The position numbers were made by a program, and so were the translations under genes. Positions 52,913 through 62,591 of a stretch of DNA of 64,000 nucleotides are shown piece by piece. The notes below the pieces were generated by a model that saw only the letters and a program-made list of their open reading frames with translations, did no database searches and was not told the origin of the DNA. The stretch covers positions 1 through 64,000 of the forward strand of contig CAVZMI010000003.1 of assembly GCA_963776275.1 (NCBI GenBank). The letters are read 5' to 3'. Position 1 is the first letter of the stretch, and every line of letters starts with the position of its first letter. This stretch comes from Ignavibacteriota bacterium. GTDB taxonomy: Bacteria; Bacteroidota; Ignavibacteria; UBA10030; CAVZMI01.

Positions 52913-53922
52913 GCTCCCGTATTCAGAGTATCATTATCGTTGGTGGCCGCTTGTGTCAATCCATCGAGAGTGATCGGGACGATACCGATCTCGCCGCATA
53001 CAACTCCACCGGCATAATTGGCCAGTGTAGCTGCCTCTTGAATCGAACCTCCGCCGGCAAGAACCATCGTCAGCGTTGAAATCACCGTATCCCCGGCGCC
53101 GGAGACATCGGCGACCTCGAGTGCTTTTGTCGGCATATGCGTTGCATTCCCTTCACGTTCAAAAAGGGACATTCCTTTTTCTCCCCGCGTGAGCAGCACA
53201 TACCGTGCATTTAATTTTTCCAGTAGAATTTTACCGGCTTCTTCGACTATTTTTTCATTATAGAATTTCATTCCAAGGGCTTCTTCGACTTCTTGACGAT
53301 TAGGTTTGAATACGGTGACATTCTTGAACTCGAAAAAGTTGTTGAATTTCGGATCCACGGTAACAGTTTTCCGATAGTCGTTCGCAAGCTGAATCAGCGG
53401 AGCAATCAGATCGTTGGCGATCACTCCTTTGTTATAATCTTCGATAATCATCGCATCGATCGAATAGATTTGCGACCGGAGATAAGCGAGCACCTGCTGC
53501 TGGAGAAATGGAGAAATATCGTGTTTCGCTTCCTGATCGATTCTCACCACATGCTGATTATGGGCGATCACACGGGTTTTCACTGTTGTCGGCCGCCGTT
53601 CGTCGACGATCACTCCCTCGGTCGGGAATCCGTTTTCTTCCATGATCGACCTGAGGATGCCGGCTGCGGGATCGTTACCGGCCACGCCGATCAGAATGGG
53701 TATTCCACCGAGGGATTTAATATTATTGGCGACATTCGCAGCCCCGCCGAGACGCGAGGATTCATAGTCGACTTCGACGATCGGTACCGGAGCTTCGGGT
53801 GATATTCGAGTGACGGTACCCCAGAGATACCTGTCGAGCATGAGATCGCCCACCACCGCAATGCGTTTCCCGGCAATATTGGTGTAGAGTTCTTTTAGGC
53901 GTTGTTCGGAGAATTTTACCAC
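52909..53922 (-). CDS. rfaE1: D-glycero-beta-D-manno-heptose-7-phosphate kinase
   Basis: GDLMLDRY, RISPEAPVP, GGAANVA, DYNKG and DVSGAGDT motifs. Confidence 0.93.
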   Translation of the reverse strand: MVKFSEQRLKELYTNIAGKRIAVVGDLMLDRYLWGTVTRISPEAPVPIVEVDYESSRLGGAANVANNIKSLGGIPILIGVAGNDPAAGILRSIMEENGFPTEGVIVDERRPTTVKTRVIAHNQHVVRIDQEAKHDISPFLQQQVLAYLRSQIYSIDAMIIEDYNKGVIANDLIAPLIQLANDYRKTVTVDPKFNNFFEFKNVTVFKPNRQEVEEALGMKFYNEKIVEEAGKILLEKLNARYVLLTRGEKGMSLFEREGNATHMPTKALEVADVSGAGDTVISTLTMVLAGGGSIQEAATLANYAGGVVCGEIGIVPITLDGLTQAATNDNDTLNTGA

Positions 53923-53962
53923 AGACGAATTTTTATTGTGTTAGACGTGGTACTTTATTAAA

Positions 53963-53991
53963 AAGATATAGATTCCGGCAAAGAGAAGCAA
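53963..53991 (-). promoter_or_regulatory. sigma70-type promoter of the rfaE1 operon
   Basis: TTGCTT, 17 bp spacer, TATCTT on the minus strand. Confidence 0.5.
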
Positions 53992-54022
53992 GTTAAAAAG
54001 AGTCAATGATTTACAGGCGTTA

Positions 54023-54667
54023 TTAAAGCTCTTTTATCACACGTACGACTTTCCAAATGAATGATACGTCCTTCCTGTGCACAACCATCGGTTCGAAGTC
54101 GCGATTCAAAGGAATAAGATGTATGAAATGACCCTCGAATTTTATACGCTTGACGGTATCTTCATCGCCAACACGAATAACGCAGATATCGCCGCTTCGC
54201 GCTTCGCGTTTCGGGCTTACAATAATGATATCTCCCTCTTCAAGTCTGGGTGCCATGCTCTGACCGCGCACAACAAGTCCGATTGCCGACGGATCTTTCA
54301 CATCATCGATGACTACATATCGTTCGACAAAATCGGGATGAAAAATCAACGCCGGCCGTCCGCCGGGAACGGAGGCAAGGAGCGGTACCTTCACCAGACC
54401 GACCAGGTGGAGATTCACTTCGGCGTGACGATCAACGGAACGTTGCTCGGGAGCATACATATTACCTTCGCCGGTGAGCAGCCATTGTGACTGCGTATGT
54501 GTCAGGTGGGCGATTTTCAGAATTTTATCGGCGTCGGGTATCTGTTCACCTCTTTCCCACCTCTGGATTGTCCGCGGTGTGACCTGGAGTTTACGGGCAA
54601 GTTCAGCCTGAAGCAGACCGCCTGCTTCCCGCGCATTCTTTATTCTTTCACCGATATGCTGTCGCAT
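54023..54667 (-). CDS. XRE-family HTH + peptidase S24 repressor (LexA/CI-like)
   Basis: HTH_3 (Q.ELA..L.V...TI.RWE.G); S24 catalytic Ser (GQSM.P) and Lys (TVKR). Confidence 0.9.
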   Translation of the reverse strand: MRQHIGERIKNAREAGGLLQAELARKLQVTPRTIQRWERGEQIPDADKILKIAHLTHTQSQWLLTGEGNMYAPEQRSVDRHAEVNLHLVGLVKVPLLASVPGGRPALIFHPDFVERYVVIDDVKDPSAIGLVVRGQSMAPRLEEGDIIIVSPKREARSGDICVIRVGDEDTVKRIKFEGHFIHLIPLNRDFEPMVVHRKDVSFIWKVVRVIKEL

Positions 54668-54687
54668 GACGTCTCCCGCTTCATGAT

Positions 54688-54738
54688 ATGACAAAAATGT
54701 CGTGTATCAATAATACATAATTTTAGAGGTGAAGTCAA
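54688..54738 (-). promoter_or_regulatory. Promoter of the XRE/S24 gene with a palindromic operator at the predicted start site
   Basis: TTGACT (54738-54733), 17 bp spacer, TATTAT (54715-54710). Palindrome ATGACA-AAAA-TGTCGT at 54688-54703. Confidence 0.65.
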
Positions 54739-54788
54739 GTATCTTTTGCATTTCGAAGCGATTTTTTATAAGTTACGAGGTAAACTGA

Positions 54789-57560
54789 ATGAAACCCCAT
54801 ACCCGACTCAATACAATGAATCGCCATTTGCCACCGATCAGACATATCCCGGTAATTCTCATTGTCTTATGGGCACGGTGTCTTCACGCTCAGCCATCGA
54901 CGATTGTGCTGCCGGAATACGGCCCCATGCAAAAACGCACATCGACGATTCTTCCCACTAAGACCTTCAAAGAACCAAAAGTAGCTCTTGTCCTAAGCGG
55001 TGGAGCGGCCCGCGGGCTGGCACATATCGGCGTCTTGAAATCGCTTGAAAAACATGGAATACCCATCAATCTTATTATTGGTACGAGCATGGGAAGTATT
55101 GTCGGCGGTTTATATGCTTCGGGGTATTCACCGGCGGAGTTGCAGGCGATTGCAGACACTGTCAATTGGAGCGATGTACTCTCATTTAGTGACGAGGCAC
55201 GACGCTCGGATTTGTTTCTCGATCAACGGCAGGCAGAAGAGAGATCATTCCTCACAATCCGGTTCAAGGATTTTCAGCCGATTATTCCATCGTCATTTTC
55301 GACCGGACAGAGGCTGACTAAATTCCTCAACGGATTGCTGTTGAAAGCCGTTTATCACCCTGACTCATCGTTCGATGAACTCAAGGTGCCTTTCAGGGCG
55401 GTCACGACAGATCTCATCTCGGGACGTCAGATTATTTTGTCACAAGGCGACCTTACGGAAGCACTCCGTGCAAGTACAACGATCCCGCTTCTGTTCAGTC
55501 CCGTAAGCCGCGACAGCACATTATTGCTTGATGGCGGGTTGATCTCAAATATCCCCGTTGACGTGGCTCAGAAGTTCGGGGCGGATATTATTATCGCAGT
55601 GAATGTAACGAGTGGAGTGCGAAATGGCAATGAGGTTCAGAAACCGTGGGAAATGGCCGATCAGATCATGAGCATTATGATGCAGGTTCCTAATCAGCTT
55701 CAACTGGGGAAAGCAGATGTTGCCATCACTCCATTGATCGGAGATCGTTCTTCATCCGATTTTTCGGGAGTAGATTCATTGATCGATGCGGGCGAGCGTG
55801 CAGCGGATTCGGCCATTGCGGCGATCAAACAAAAAATCAGGACGGTACATACTTCAACAACAATAGATGATGCACCTTTATCAAATGTAAAAATAAAATT
55901 TCAAGGTGATCTTGGTAGCTTACCGGCTCTCCAGAAAACTCTTTTACAACAAATATATAACGGAGAAATCTCCCAATTTTCAATCCGGCGGCAGTTGCAT
56001 TTCTTGTATGCATCGGGAGACTATTCTGACGTCAGGGCTGAGATTCAACACGGCGATTCGACAACTGTTGTAACGTTTCAAGCCACACTGAATCCGCGAT
56101 TGACCGGCGTAGAATTTTTAAACAATACAATTATCCCGTCCGATACGCTGCTTATTCCTTTCATTTCGTTGAAAGGGAAGATTATCAATACCCGCGAGTC
56201 GACAGCGGCACTTGAAAAAGTAATCGAAATCTACCGGCTTCACGGATATGCTCTCGCAAGGATCGATTCGATCTCATTCGACACACAGACCGGCATCGCA
56301 TCGATCCGGATTGATGAGGGAAGAATTATTGATCGGAGAATTGAAGGGAATTTAAAGACAAAATTATTCGTGGTATTCCGTGAAGTTTCACTCAATGAGG
56401 GAGAACCATTTACGATTGACAGGGCGATTCAATCGATTACAAATGTGATGAGCACGAATCTGTTCGAGCAGGTTATGCTGCTCGTTCGGTACGAAAACAA
56501 AAAACCCGTGCTCATCATTAAGGTGCAGGAGCGAAGTTCGGAGATTCTCCAATTGGGTGTGCACGTTGATAATGAACGTGGTCTGCAATTTTTTGTTGAT
56601 GGACGAGATGCGAATTTCCTGGGAACAGCAACAGAATTCGGCGCAACTTTTATCGGCGGAATACGGAATCAGATCTATAAACTTGAATATAAATCCAACA
56701 GGATATTCAATACATATCTCTCATTCAACTTGAGCGGCTATTACAGGTTCAAGGATATCAACACGTACAGCGATGAATTGGGACTGCCCTCGACTCGCTG
56801 GAACCGTATCCAGACAGGCGAATATCGAGAGATCAAATACGGCAGCGCATTCAGTTTCGGAGCACAGCTTGAACGGTTGGGGAATGTGTCGGTTGAAGGT
56901 CGGTATGAACAACATGAGATTCTCGATAAAAGCGGAACGGCATTAACGGCCGGATATACACCGTCCCGCTATCGCGTGTCGGCACTGCGAATAGCATCAA
57001 CGGTTGATACGCAGGATAAATACCCCTTCCCGACCAACGGTATCCTGATGACTCTTTTCTATGAATTTGCTACCAGAACCCTGGGGAGTGAGGTTCCCTA
57101 TACAAAACTCTTCCTTTCTTATGAGCAATTTCGAACTCCCGGGAAGCACCTCACGATTCATCCGCGTGTGATGTTCGGATTTGGCGATGAAACGCTTCCG
57201 CTCTCGGAGCAATTCACTTTCGGCGGTCAGCGGCTCTTCAATGGACTCCGTGACGAAGACGGCCGCGGTCGGCAAATTTTCCTGATCAATCTGGAAGCAC
57301 GATGGCTGTCTCCCGTCTCGCTCCTTTTTAATACGTATCTTAGCATCCGATATGATCTTGGCTCAGTCTGGCGCATGGCCGAGGATATTCGTTTTAAGGA
57401 TTTCCAACATGGGCTCGGTATAACTCTCGCACTTGATACACCAATCGGACCGGCGGAATTCGGACTTGGCCGCAGTTTTATTTTCAGGAGAGATCTGCCT
57501 GATAATCCGGTCAGTCTCGGTCCTTTCCAAATCTACGCCACTATAGGTTGCCGTCTGTGA
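54789..57560 (+). CDS. Patatin-like phospholipase-POTRA-Omp85 barrel fusion (PlpD/type Vd-like)
   Basis: LSGGAARG, GTSMG and DGG patatin motifs; POTRA-like I.GN.KTK...RE; barrel ending DTPIGP...IG. Confidence 0.88.
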   Translation: MKPHTRLNTMNRHLPPIRHIPVILIVLWARCLHAQPSTIVLPEYGPMQKRTSTILPTKTFKEPKVALVLSGGAARGLAHIGVLKSLEKHGIPINLIIGTSMGSIVGGLYASGYSPAELQAIADTVNWSDVLSFSDEARRSDLFLDQRQAEERSFLTIRFKDFQPIIPSSFSTGQRLTKFLNGLLLKAVYHPDSSFDELKVPFRAVTTDLISGRQIILSQGDLTEALRASTTIPLLFSPVSRDSTLLLDGGLISNIPVDVAQKFGADIIIAVNVTSGVRNGNEVQKPWEMADQIMSIMMQVPNQLQLGKADVAITPLIGDRSSSDFSGVDSLIDAGERAADSAIAAIKQKIRTVHTSTTIDDAPLSNVKIKFQGDLGSLPALQKTLLQQIYNGEISQFSIRRQLHFLYASGDYSDVRAEIQHGDSTTVVTFQATLNPRLTGVEFLNNTIIPSDTLLIPFISLKGKIINTRESTAALEKVIEIYRLHGYALARIDSISFDTQTGIASIRIDEGRIIDRRIEGNLKTKLFVVFREVSLNEGEPFTIDRAIQSITNVMSTNLFEQVMLLVRYENKKPVLIIKVQERSSEILQLGVHVDNERGLQFFVDGRDANFLGTATEFGATFIGGIRNQIYKLEYKSNRIFNTYLSFNLSGYYRFKDINTYSDELGLPSTRWNRIQTGEYREIKYGSAFSFGAQLERLGNVSVEGRYEQHEILDKSGTALTAGYTPSRYRVSALRIASTVDTQDKYPFPTNGILMTLFYEFATRTLGSEVPYTKLFLSYEQFRTPGKHLTIHPRVMFGFGDETLPLSEQFTFGGQRLFNGLRDEDGRGRQIFLINLEARWLSPVSLLFNTYLSIRYDLGSVWRMAEDIRFKDFQHGLGITLALDTPIGPAEFGLGRSFIFRRDLPDNPVSLGPFQIYATIGCRL

Positions 57561-57571
57561 GACTTGAAAGC

Positions 57572-57603
57572 TTCACTTCATATATACAGTAGAAGTGAAA
57601 AAA
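57572..57603. terminator. Hairpin between convergent genes
   Basis: TTCACTTC...GAAGTGAA followed by an A-run. Confidence 0.55.
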
Positions 57604-57610
57604 GTATAAG

Positions 57611-59080
57611 TCATTTTTCTATCGTGGACATCCGTGAACGCATTATGAAAAACACGGGAATACCGACCAGAACAATTATCAATCCGGGCCAAGTGTATGT
57701 CGATTTATAAATCAGGAGATCGACCGCAATAAGCGTTGCAGTAATCATATAAAACGCAGGTAAAAAAGGATATCCCCATGTTCTGTATGGTCTTTCTGTA
57801 TCGGGGCGGGATCGGCGAAGAACAAACAATCCTCCGATTGTCAGTACATAAAAGATAAGCACTGCGAAGATTACATAATCGAGAAGTTGATTATACGAAC
57901 CAGATAGTGTGAGAATTGAAGCCCAGAATCCCTGAACGATAAGGGCCCTTGCCGGGACGCCGTTTGCATTCAATACTCCTGCTCCGCGGAAAAAAAGCCT
58001 GTCGCGTGCCATCGCATAATAGACGCGTGCTCCGGCGAGGATCAATCCATTATTACATCCGAATGTCGACACCATGATTAAGATTGCCATAATGATTGCT
58101 GCAGCACTTCCGAACATTACCTCGACAGCGGCGGTTGCGACACGATCCGATGTAGCAAATTGAATTCCCCGGGAAGCGACATCGGAACCTGCCGGATTTC
58201 CATGGAGCGGGATCACGGTCAGATATGTGATATTTGCCAGAAAATATAACCCTCCGACAAGAACGGTACCGAATATCAGGCTTAGTGGAATATCCCGTTT
58301 TGGATTTTTCACTTCGCCCGCAGTGAATGTAATGTTGTTCCACGCATCGGAAGCGAACAATGAACCCACCATCGCCGTTCCGATGATTGTGATGAGGGCA
58401 AATCCCGAAAGTGGAACTGCCGTTCCATCGGTCATGATATGTGAGGCGTTCCACATCTCAGAAAAATTTGCAGAGAGTGCCTGGAGGTTACGACCGACGA
58501 TAATACCGAGAAGTATCAGACCGATAATCGCCGCGATTTTCGCAAAGGTGAATGTGTTCTGAACAATTTTTCCGCTGTCGATACCCAGGGTGTTTATCCA
58601 TGTGAGGAATGCGATCGATGCTATTCCGAGGATCTGGGCGGCGGAAAGCGATAGAGGTCCGACCGTAAGAAGAATATGCGTTTCACTGAACCATGGAAGA
58701 AGCACGCCGGTATATTTTGCAAATGCTACGGCGACGGCGGCGATTGTTCCTGTTTGAATGACCATGAAGAGAGTCCAGCCGTATAAAAACCCCCACATGG
58801 GCCCAAACGCTTCGTGAAGATATACATATTGGCCGCCGGCTCTCGGCATCATCGCAGCAAGTTCACCATAACTCAACGCCGCGGCGATCGTCAGAAGACT
58901 TGTAAAAAGCCACACGGCGAGCAGCCATCCCGGTGAACCGACCTGTCGTGCAATATCTGCAGAGACTATGAATATTCCGGATCCGATCATCGAGCCTGCA
59001 ACAATCATGGTCGAATCGAGCAAACCGAGTGCGCGTTTAAATTCACGGACAGGTATCGGTTGTGTCATTGTGTCTTTCAT
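57611..59080 (-). CDS. APC-family amino acid permease (LAT/SteT-like)
   Basis: GSMIGSGIF, YGELAAMMPRAGG.Y.YL, GEVKNPKR and RP..WGYP motifs. Confidence 0.9.
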   Translation of the reverse strand: MKDTMTQPIPVREFKRALGLLDSTMIVAGSMIGSGIFIVSADIARQVGSPGWLLAVWLFTSLLTIAAALSYGELAAMMPRAGGQYVYLHEAFGPMWGFLYGWTLFMVIQTGTIAAVAVAFAKYTGVLLPWFSETHILLTVGPLSLSAAQILGIASIAFLTWINTLGIDSGKIVQNTFTFAKIAAIIGLILLGIIVGRNLQALSANFSEMWNASHIMTDGTAVPLSGFALITIIGTAMVGSLFASDAWNNITFTAGEVKNPKRDIPLSLIFGTVLVGGLYFLANITYLTVIPLHGNPAGSDVASRGIQFATSDRVATAAVEVMFGSAAAIIMAILIMVSTFGCNNGLILAGARVYYAMARDRLFFRGAGVLNANGVPARALIVQGFWASILTLSGSYNQLLDYVIFAVLIFYVLTIGGLFVLRRSRPDTERPYRTWGYPFLPAFYMITATLIAVDLLIYKSTYTWPGLIIVLVGIPVFFIMRSRMSTIEK

Positions 59081-59082
59081 AA

Positions 59083-60621
59083 CTACATGTTCGATTCCGG
59101 TGGACTGACGACTTCACCCTTGCGTATTCGCGCCATAATGCTGTGTCGGCGTCCGTATGAAAAATAGATTGTGAATCCGATCAGCAGCCACACAATAAGT
59201 CGCCACCAGTTTTCCGCTGGCAGCGAGAACATCAGCAGGAGGCATGAGAGGATTCCCATGATCGGTACAAAAGGAACCCACGGCGAGCGGAACGGCCGTT
59301 CAGCATTCGGATGCGTTCTACGCATGATCAGCACTGCCGTACATACTATCACGAACGCCAGAAGTGTTCCGATATTCGTCAGTTCTGCCAGCACACGCAG
59401 CGGCAGAAGGGCGGACATTGTACCTACAAATAAGCCGGTGAGTATGGTGGATTTCCATGGGGTCCTGAATTTCGGGTGTACTGCACCAAAGATGCTCGGG
59501 GGCACCATACCGTCTCGCGCCATTGCGAGAAGTACACGTGGCTGACTGAGCATCATGACAAGCAATACAGAAGTGATCCCGGTGATTGCCCCGATATCGA
59601 TAAGCCGTTGAGCCCAGGGTAACCCTTTCTGCATGAAGGCGTTTGCTACGGGCGCATTTATATCGATTTTATCATACGGCACCATACCTGTAAGAACGGC
59701 GGATACCGCAACGTACAGGACGGTGCAGATGAGGAGCGATGCGATGATGCCAATCGGAACATCGTGATGGGGTCGTCGTGCCTCTTCAGCATGTGTCGAG
59801 ACGGAATCGAAGCCGATATATGCAAAGAAAATAATGGCGGCTCCGGCAAGCATTCCTAATGGAGCTCCGCTTGCAGATGTTTGTCCGAATAGTGTCTTCC
59901 CAAAAAAGCTGATGCCTGTGAATCCATATGGTGCAAACGGTTGCCAGTTATTCGGGTCGATGAAGAATGCACCGGCGACAATGACGAACAACACAATTGT
60001 GAGTTTCACAATGACCATTCCGGCATTGAACGAAGCGCTCTCGCGAATGCCCTTCACAAGAATTGCCGTGATAATAGCCGTGATGATGATTGCTGGAAGG
60101 TCGAAGTATGAGCCGGTCACAAGTATTTTTCCCGATACAAGATCGAAATCGAATGGGGCAGATGAGATCGATGCGGGAGTATGAATTCCGAAACTTCGAA
60201 GGAGATCCTGAAAGTGAGCAGACCAACCGTGCGCCACCGTTGCGGAACCGACGGCATATTCGAGTACGAGGTCCCAGCCGATGATCCAGGCGAATAGCTC
60301 ACCGAGTGTTGCATATGCATAGGTGTATGCCGAGCCGGCGACAGGTGCCATTGAAGCGAATTCTGCATAGCATAAGGCAGCGAAGGTGCATGCAACACCC
60401 GCCGTAGCAAACGAAAGGATGAGAGCAGGCCCTGCCTTGTCGTGCGCGCCGACGCCGGTCAGAACGAATATACCGGTTCCGATGATAGCGCCGACACCGA
60501 GACTTGTGAGTGTTACAGGTCCAAGTACGCGGCGCAACCGGTTTTCTCCTTTCATTTCTTCTAACAGCAGCGAGAGCGGCTTCTTGGCAAACAGTTGATT
60601 CCACATAAATACGATCTCCAA
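59083..60621 (-). CDS. APC-family amino acid permease (cationic amino acid transporter-like)
   Basis: GVGAIIGTGIFV, CYAEFAS..PVAGSAY.Y, FFAYIGFD and AMARDG motifs. Confidence 0.92.
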   Translation of the reverse strand: MEIVFMWNQLFAKKPLSLLLEEMKGENRLRRVLGPVTLTSLGVGAIIGTGIFVLTGVGAHDKAGPALILSFATAGVACTFAALCYAEFASMAPVAGSAYTYAYATLGELFAWIIGWDLVLEYAVGSATVAHGWSAHFQDLLRSFGIHTPASISSAPFDFDLVSGKILVTGSYFDLPAIIITAIITAILVKGIRESASFNAGMVIVKLTIVLFVIVAGAFFIDPNNWQPFAPYGFTGISFFGKTLFGQTSASGAPLGMLAGAAIIFFAYIGFDSVSTHAEEARRPHHDVPIGIIASLLICTVLYVAVSAVLTGMVPYDKIDINAPVANAFMQKGLPWAQRLIDIGAITGITSVLLVMMLSQPRVLLAMARDGMVPPSIFGAVHPKFRTPWKSTILTGLFVGTMSALLPLRVLAELTNIGTLLAFVIVCTAVLIMRRTHPNAERPFRSPWVPFVPIMGILSCLLLMFSLPAENWWRLIVWLLIGFTIYFSYGRRHSIMARIRKGEVVSPPESNM

Positions 60622-60645
60622 TTATGAATTGACACAAAATTAAAC

Positions 60646-60675
60646 AAAAAAGGGAGGAACGCAAGTCCCTCCCTT
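60646..60675 (-). terminator. Intrinsic terminator after the TPR gene
   Basis: Minus strand reads AAGGGAGG...CCTCCCTT followed by a T-run. Confidence 0.7.
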
Positions 60676-60698
60676 AGATTTTATAATAAATCAAAAGA

Positions 60699-62555
60699 TC
60701 ATCCAACCAAAGAATCAAGGAATTTCTGAATTTTAGAATCCCGCGGATTCAGCTGTTTCGCCCTTTTAAGGAGATCGATTGCCTCTGCAGTCTTTTTCTT
60801 GTTTTCAGGGAACTCGCCTGTCACGCGGCTCTGGATAAGGACCTGCGCGAGCCAGAACATCGCTTCTGTGTTGTTTGGTTCAAGCACGAGAGCTTGTCTG
60901 AGGTGACGGGTTGCATCCTCGGCTTTTCGACGTAATTCATCTTCTTTAGTTCGATCAAATGAAAAAACAGCCGCCTGTCCATAGAGAATATGAATCTGCG
61001 CATCGTCTTTTCGATACTTGAGAGCTTTTGAGAAGGTTTGCATTGCGGATGAGTATCGCTGGGATACAAGAAGTACTCCCCCATAATAATAATAAACATC
61101 CCCGATATCGGCATTCTTGTACTTACCCTGTGGAGCCGATTCGATCCGGTTGAGGGCAGATTCATATGTTTTTATCGCTTCCGAGTAATCCTGGTTATTT
61201 GCAAAGCATGAACCTATATTTATGTAAAATTGCAGGAAGTCGGGATTGAGTTCAGAACCATGCCTAAAATAATTTATTGCATCGGAGTAACGCCTCATCG
61301 ACATCAGCGTGATACCGATGTTGTAATATGCAGCCGGATTATTCGGATTAAGAGCGATATATCGATCGAAAGTCTTCACCGCCTTGTCAAAATTCCCCTG
61401 TGCCATGTAAATTCTGGCAAGTTCGTTCATCGCCTCGATCTGTGTGGTATCGGTGACGGCTGTTTCATAATGAATAATTGCATTTATCGTATCTTTTAAT
61501 CCGAAATATGAAACAGCCAGCCGGTAATGATCATCGGATGTGGCTGCCTGTGTTCCCGGCGAAGAATTGATAATCCAGTTCAGTGATTCCACGGCTTTAA
61601 AATATTCTTTCCCAAAATAGTAAGCATACCCCGCGAGGCGATGTGCTTCGACCGAGTTTTGATTCACCTGAAGTGCATGTTGAAAAGCATCGGCTGCTTT
61701 AGCGAAGTCTTTATTTCCATAATAGGATTTACCGAGATTGATCCACCCCTCAAGATTTGTTGGATGGAGCTCTACAAACTTTGCAAACATTTCGATTGCG
61801 TTTACATAGAATCTTGTGTTTCCTGATTGTGACTGTGCGGCTGCAAGGTAGACACGTCCCGCTTTATCGTATGCATTTGCATTCGCAGGATCGAGCGTGA
61901 TAACATCCTGAAGTTCTTTGATAGCTTCCGGGAACTTACGAGTTTTCAGATAAATATTTGCCAGGGCAACATGCGGCTCGACATTTTTCGAATCGAGCTG
62001 GATGGCTTTGAGATAGAGATCGATCGCGTAATTCCAGACGTGTTGTTTTTCCCAGACGCGTCCCAGTCCCACATACGGAAGTGCACTCTTTTCATTTAAT
62101 AATTTTGCTTTTTCGAGTGTCAGATTTGCGGCGTCGGTCGAATCAACATCGATATAAGCCAAGCCGAGTCCAAGCATTGCATCAAAATCGTTTTTCGAGA
62201 GCTTCAATGCGTTCTTGAAATACACAATCGCTTCGGAGCTCCGCTTGGTATCGCTTAGGAGCGCCCCAAGACGGACAGTAGCTTTTGTATTTTCATCGTC
62301 GTACTTGATTGCACCTCTTAAATAGATTTCGGCTGAATCAAGAATCCCTTTTTCATAATAAGCATCGCCAAGTTCAAAATTCACCTCGGAGGAGCGGGGT
62401 GATTGCTCATATGCACGAAGGAAACTCGAAATCGCAAGATCAATATCCCCCTTGTGTCTGGCAGCACGGCCGATTTCAAGATAATCCTCTGAATATGCTG
62501 TATATGCAAGAAATAGGAGAGCAGCAAAGATGCCGAAAGTGATACGGTGTTTCAT
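60699..62555 (-). CDS. Exported tetratricopeptide-repeat protein
   Basis: Signal peptide followed by numerous TPR units. Confidence 0.9.
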   Translation of the reverse strand: MKHRITFGIFAALLFLAYTAYSEDYLEIGRAARHKGDIDLAISSFLRAYEQSPRSSEVNFELGDAYYEKGILDSAEIYLRGAIKYDDENTKATVRLGALLSDTKRSSEAIVYFKNALKLSKNDFDAMLGLGLAYIDVDSTDAANLTLEKAKLLNEKSALPYVGLGRVWEKQHVWNYAIDLYLKAIQLDSKNVEPHVALANIYLKTRKFPEAIKELQDVITLDPANANAYDKAGRVYLAAAQSQSGNTRFYVNAIEMFAKFVELHPTNLEGWINLGKSYYGNKDFAKAADAFQHALQVNQNSVEAHRLAGYAYYFGKEYFKAVESLNWIINSSPGTQAATSDDHYRLAVSYFGLKDTINAIIHYETAVTDTTQIEAMNELARIYMAQGNFDKAVKTFDRYIALNPNNPAAYYNIGITLMSMRRYSDAINYFRHGSELNPDFLQFYINIGSCFANNQDYSEAIKTYESALNRIESAPQGKYKNADIGDVYYYYGGVLLVSQRYSSAMQTFSKALKYRKDDAQIHILYGQAAVFSFDRTKEDELRRKAEDATRHLRQALVLEPNNTEAMFWLAQVLIQSRVTGEFPENKKKTAEAIDLLKRAKQLNPRDSKIQKFLDSLVG

Positions 62556-62591
62556 AGTTCTCCTTCTACTGATGAAGATATTTAATTCGGC

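Noticed and set aside
54023-54694. Prophage marked by a CI-like repressor
   Set aside because: No integrase, cro or structural genes are present, and both flanks are housekeeping genes.
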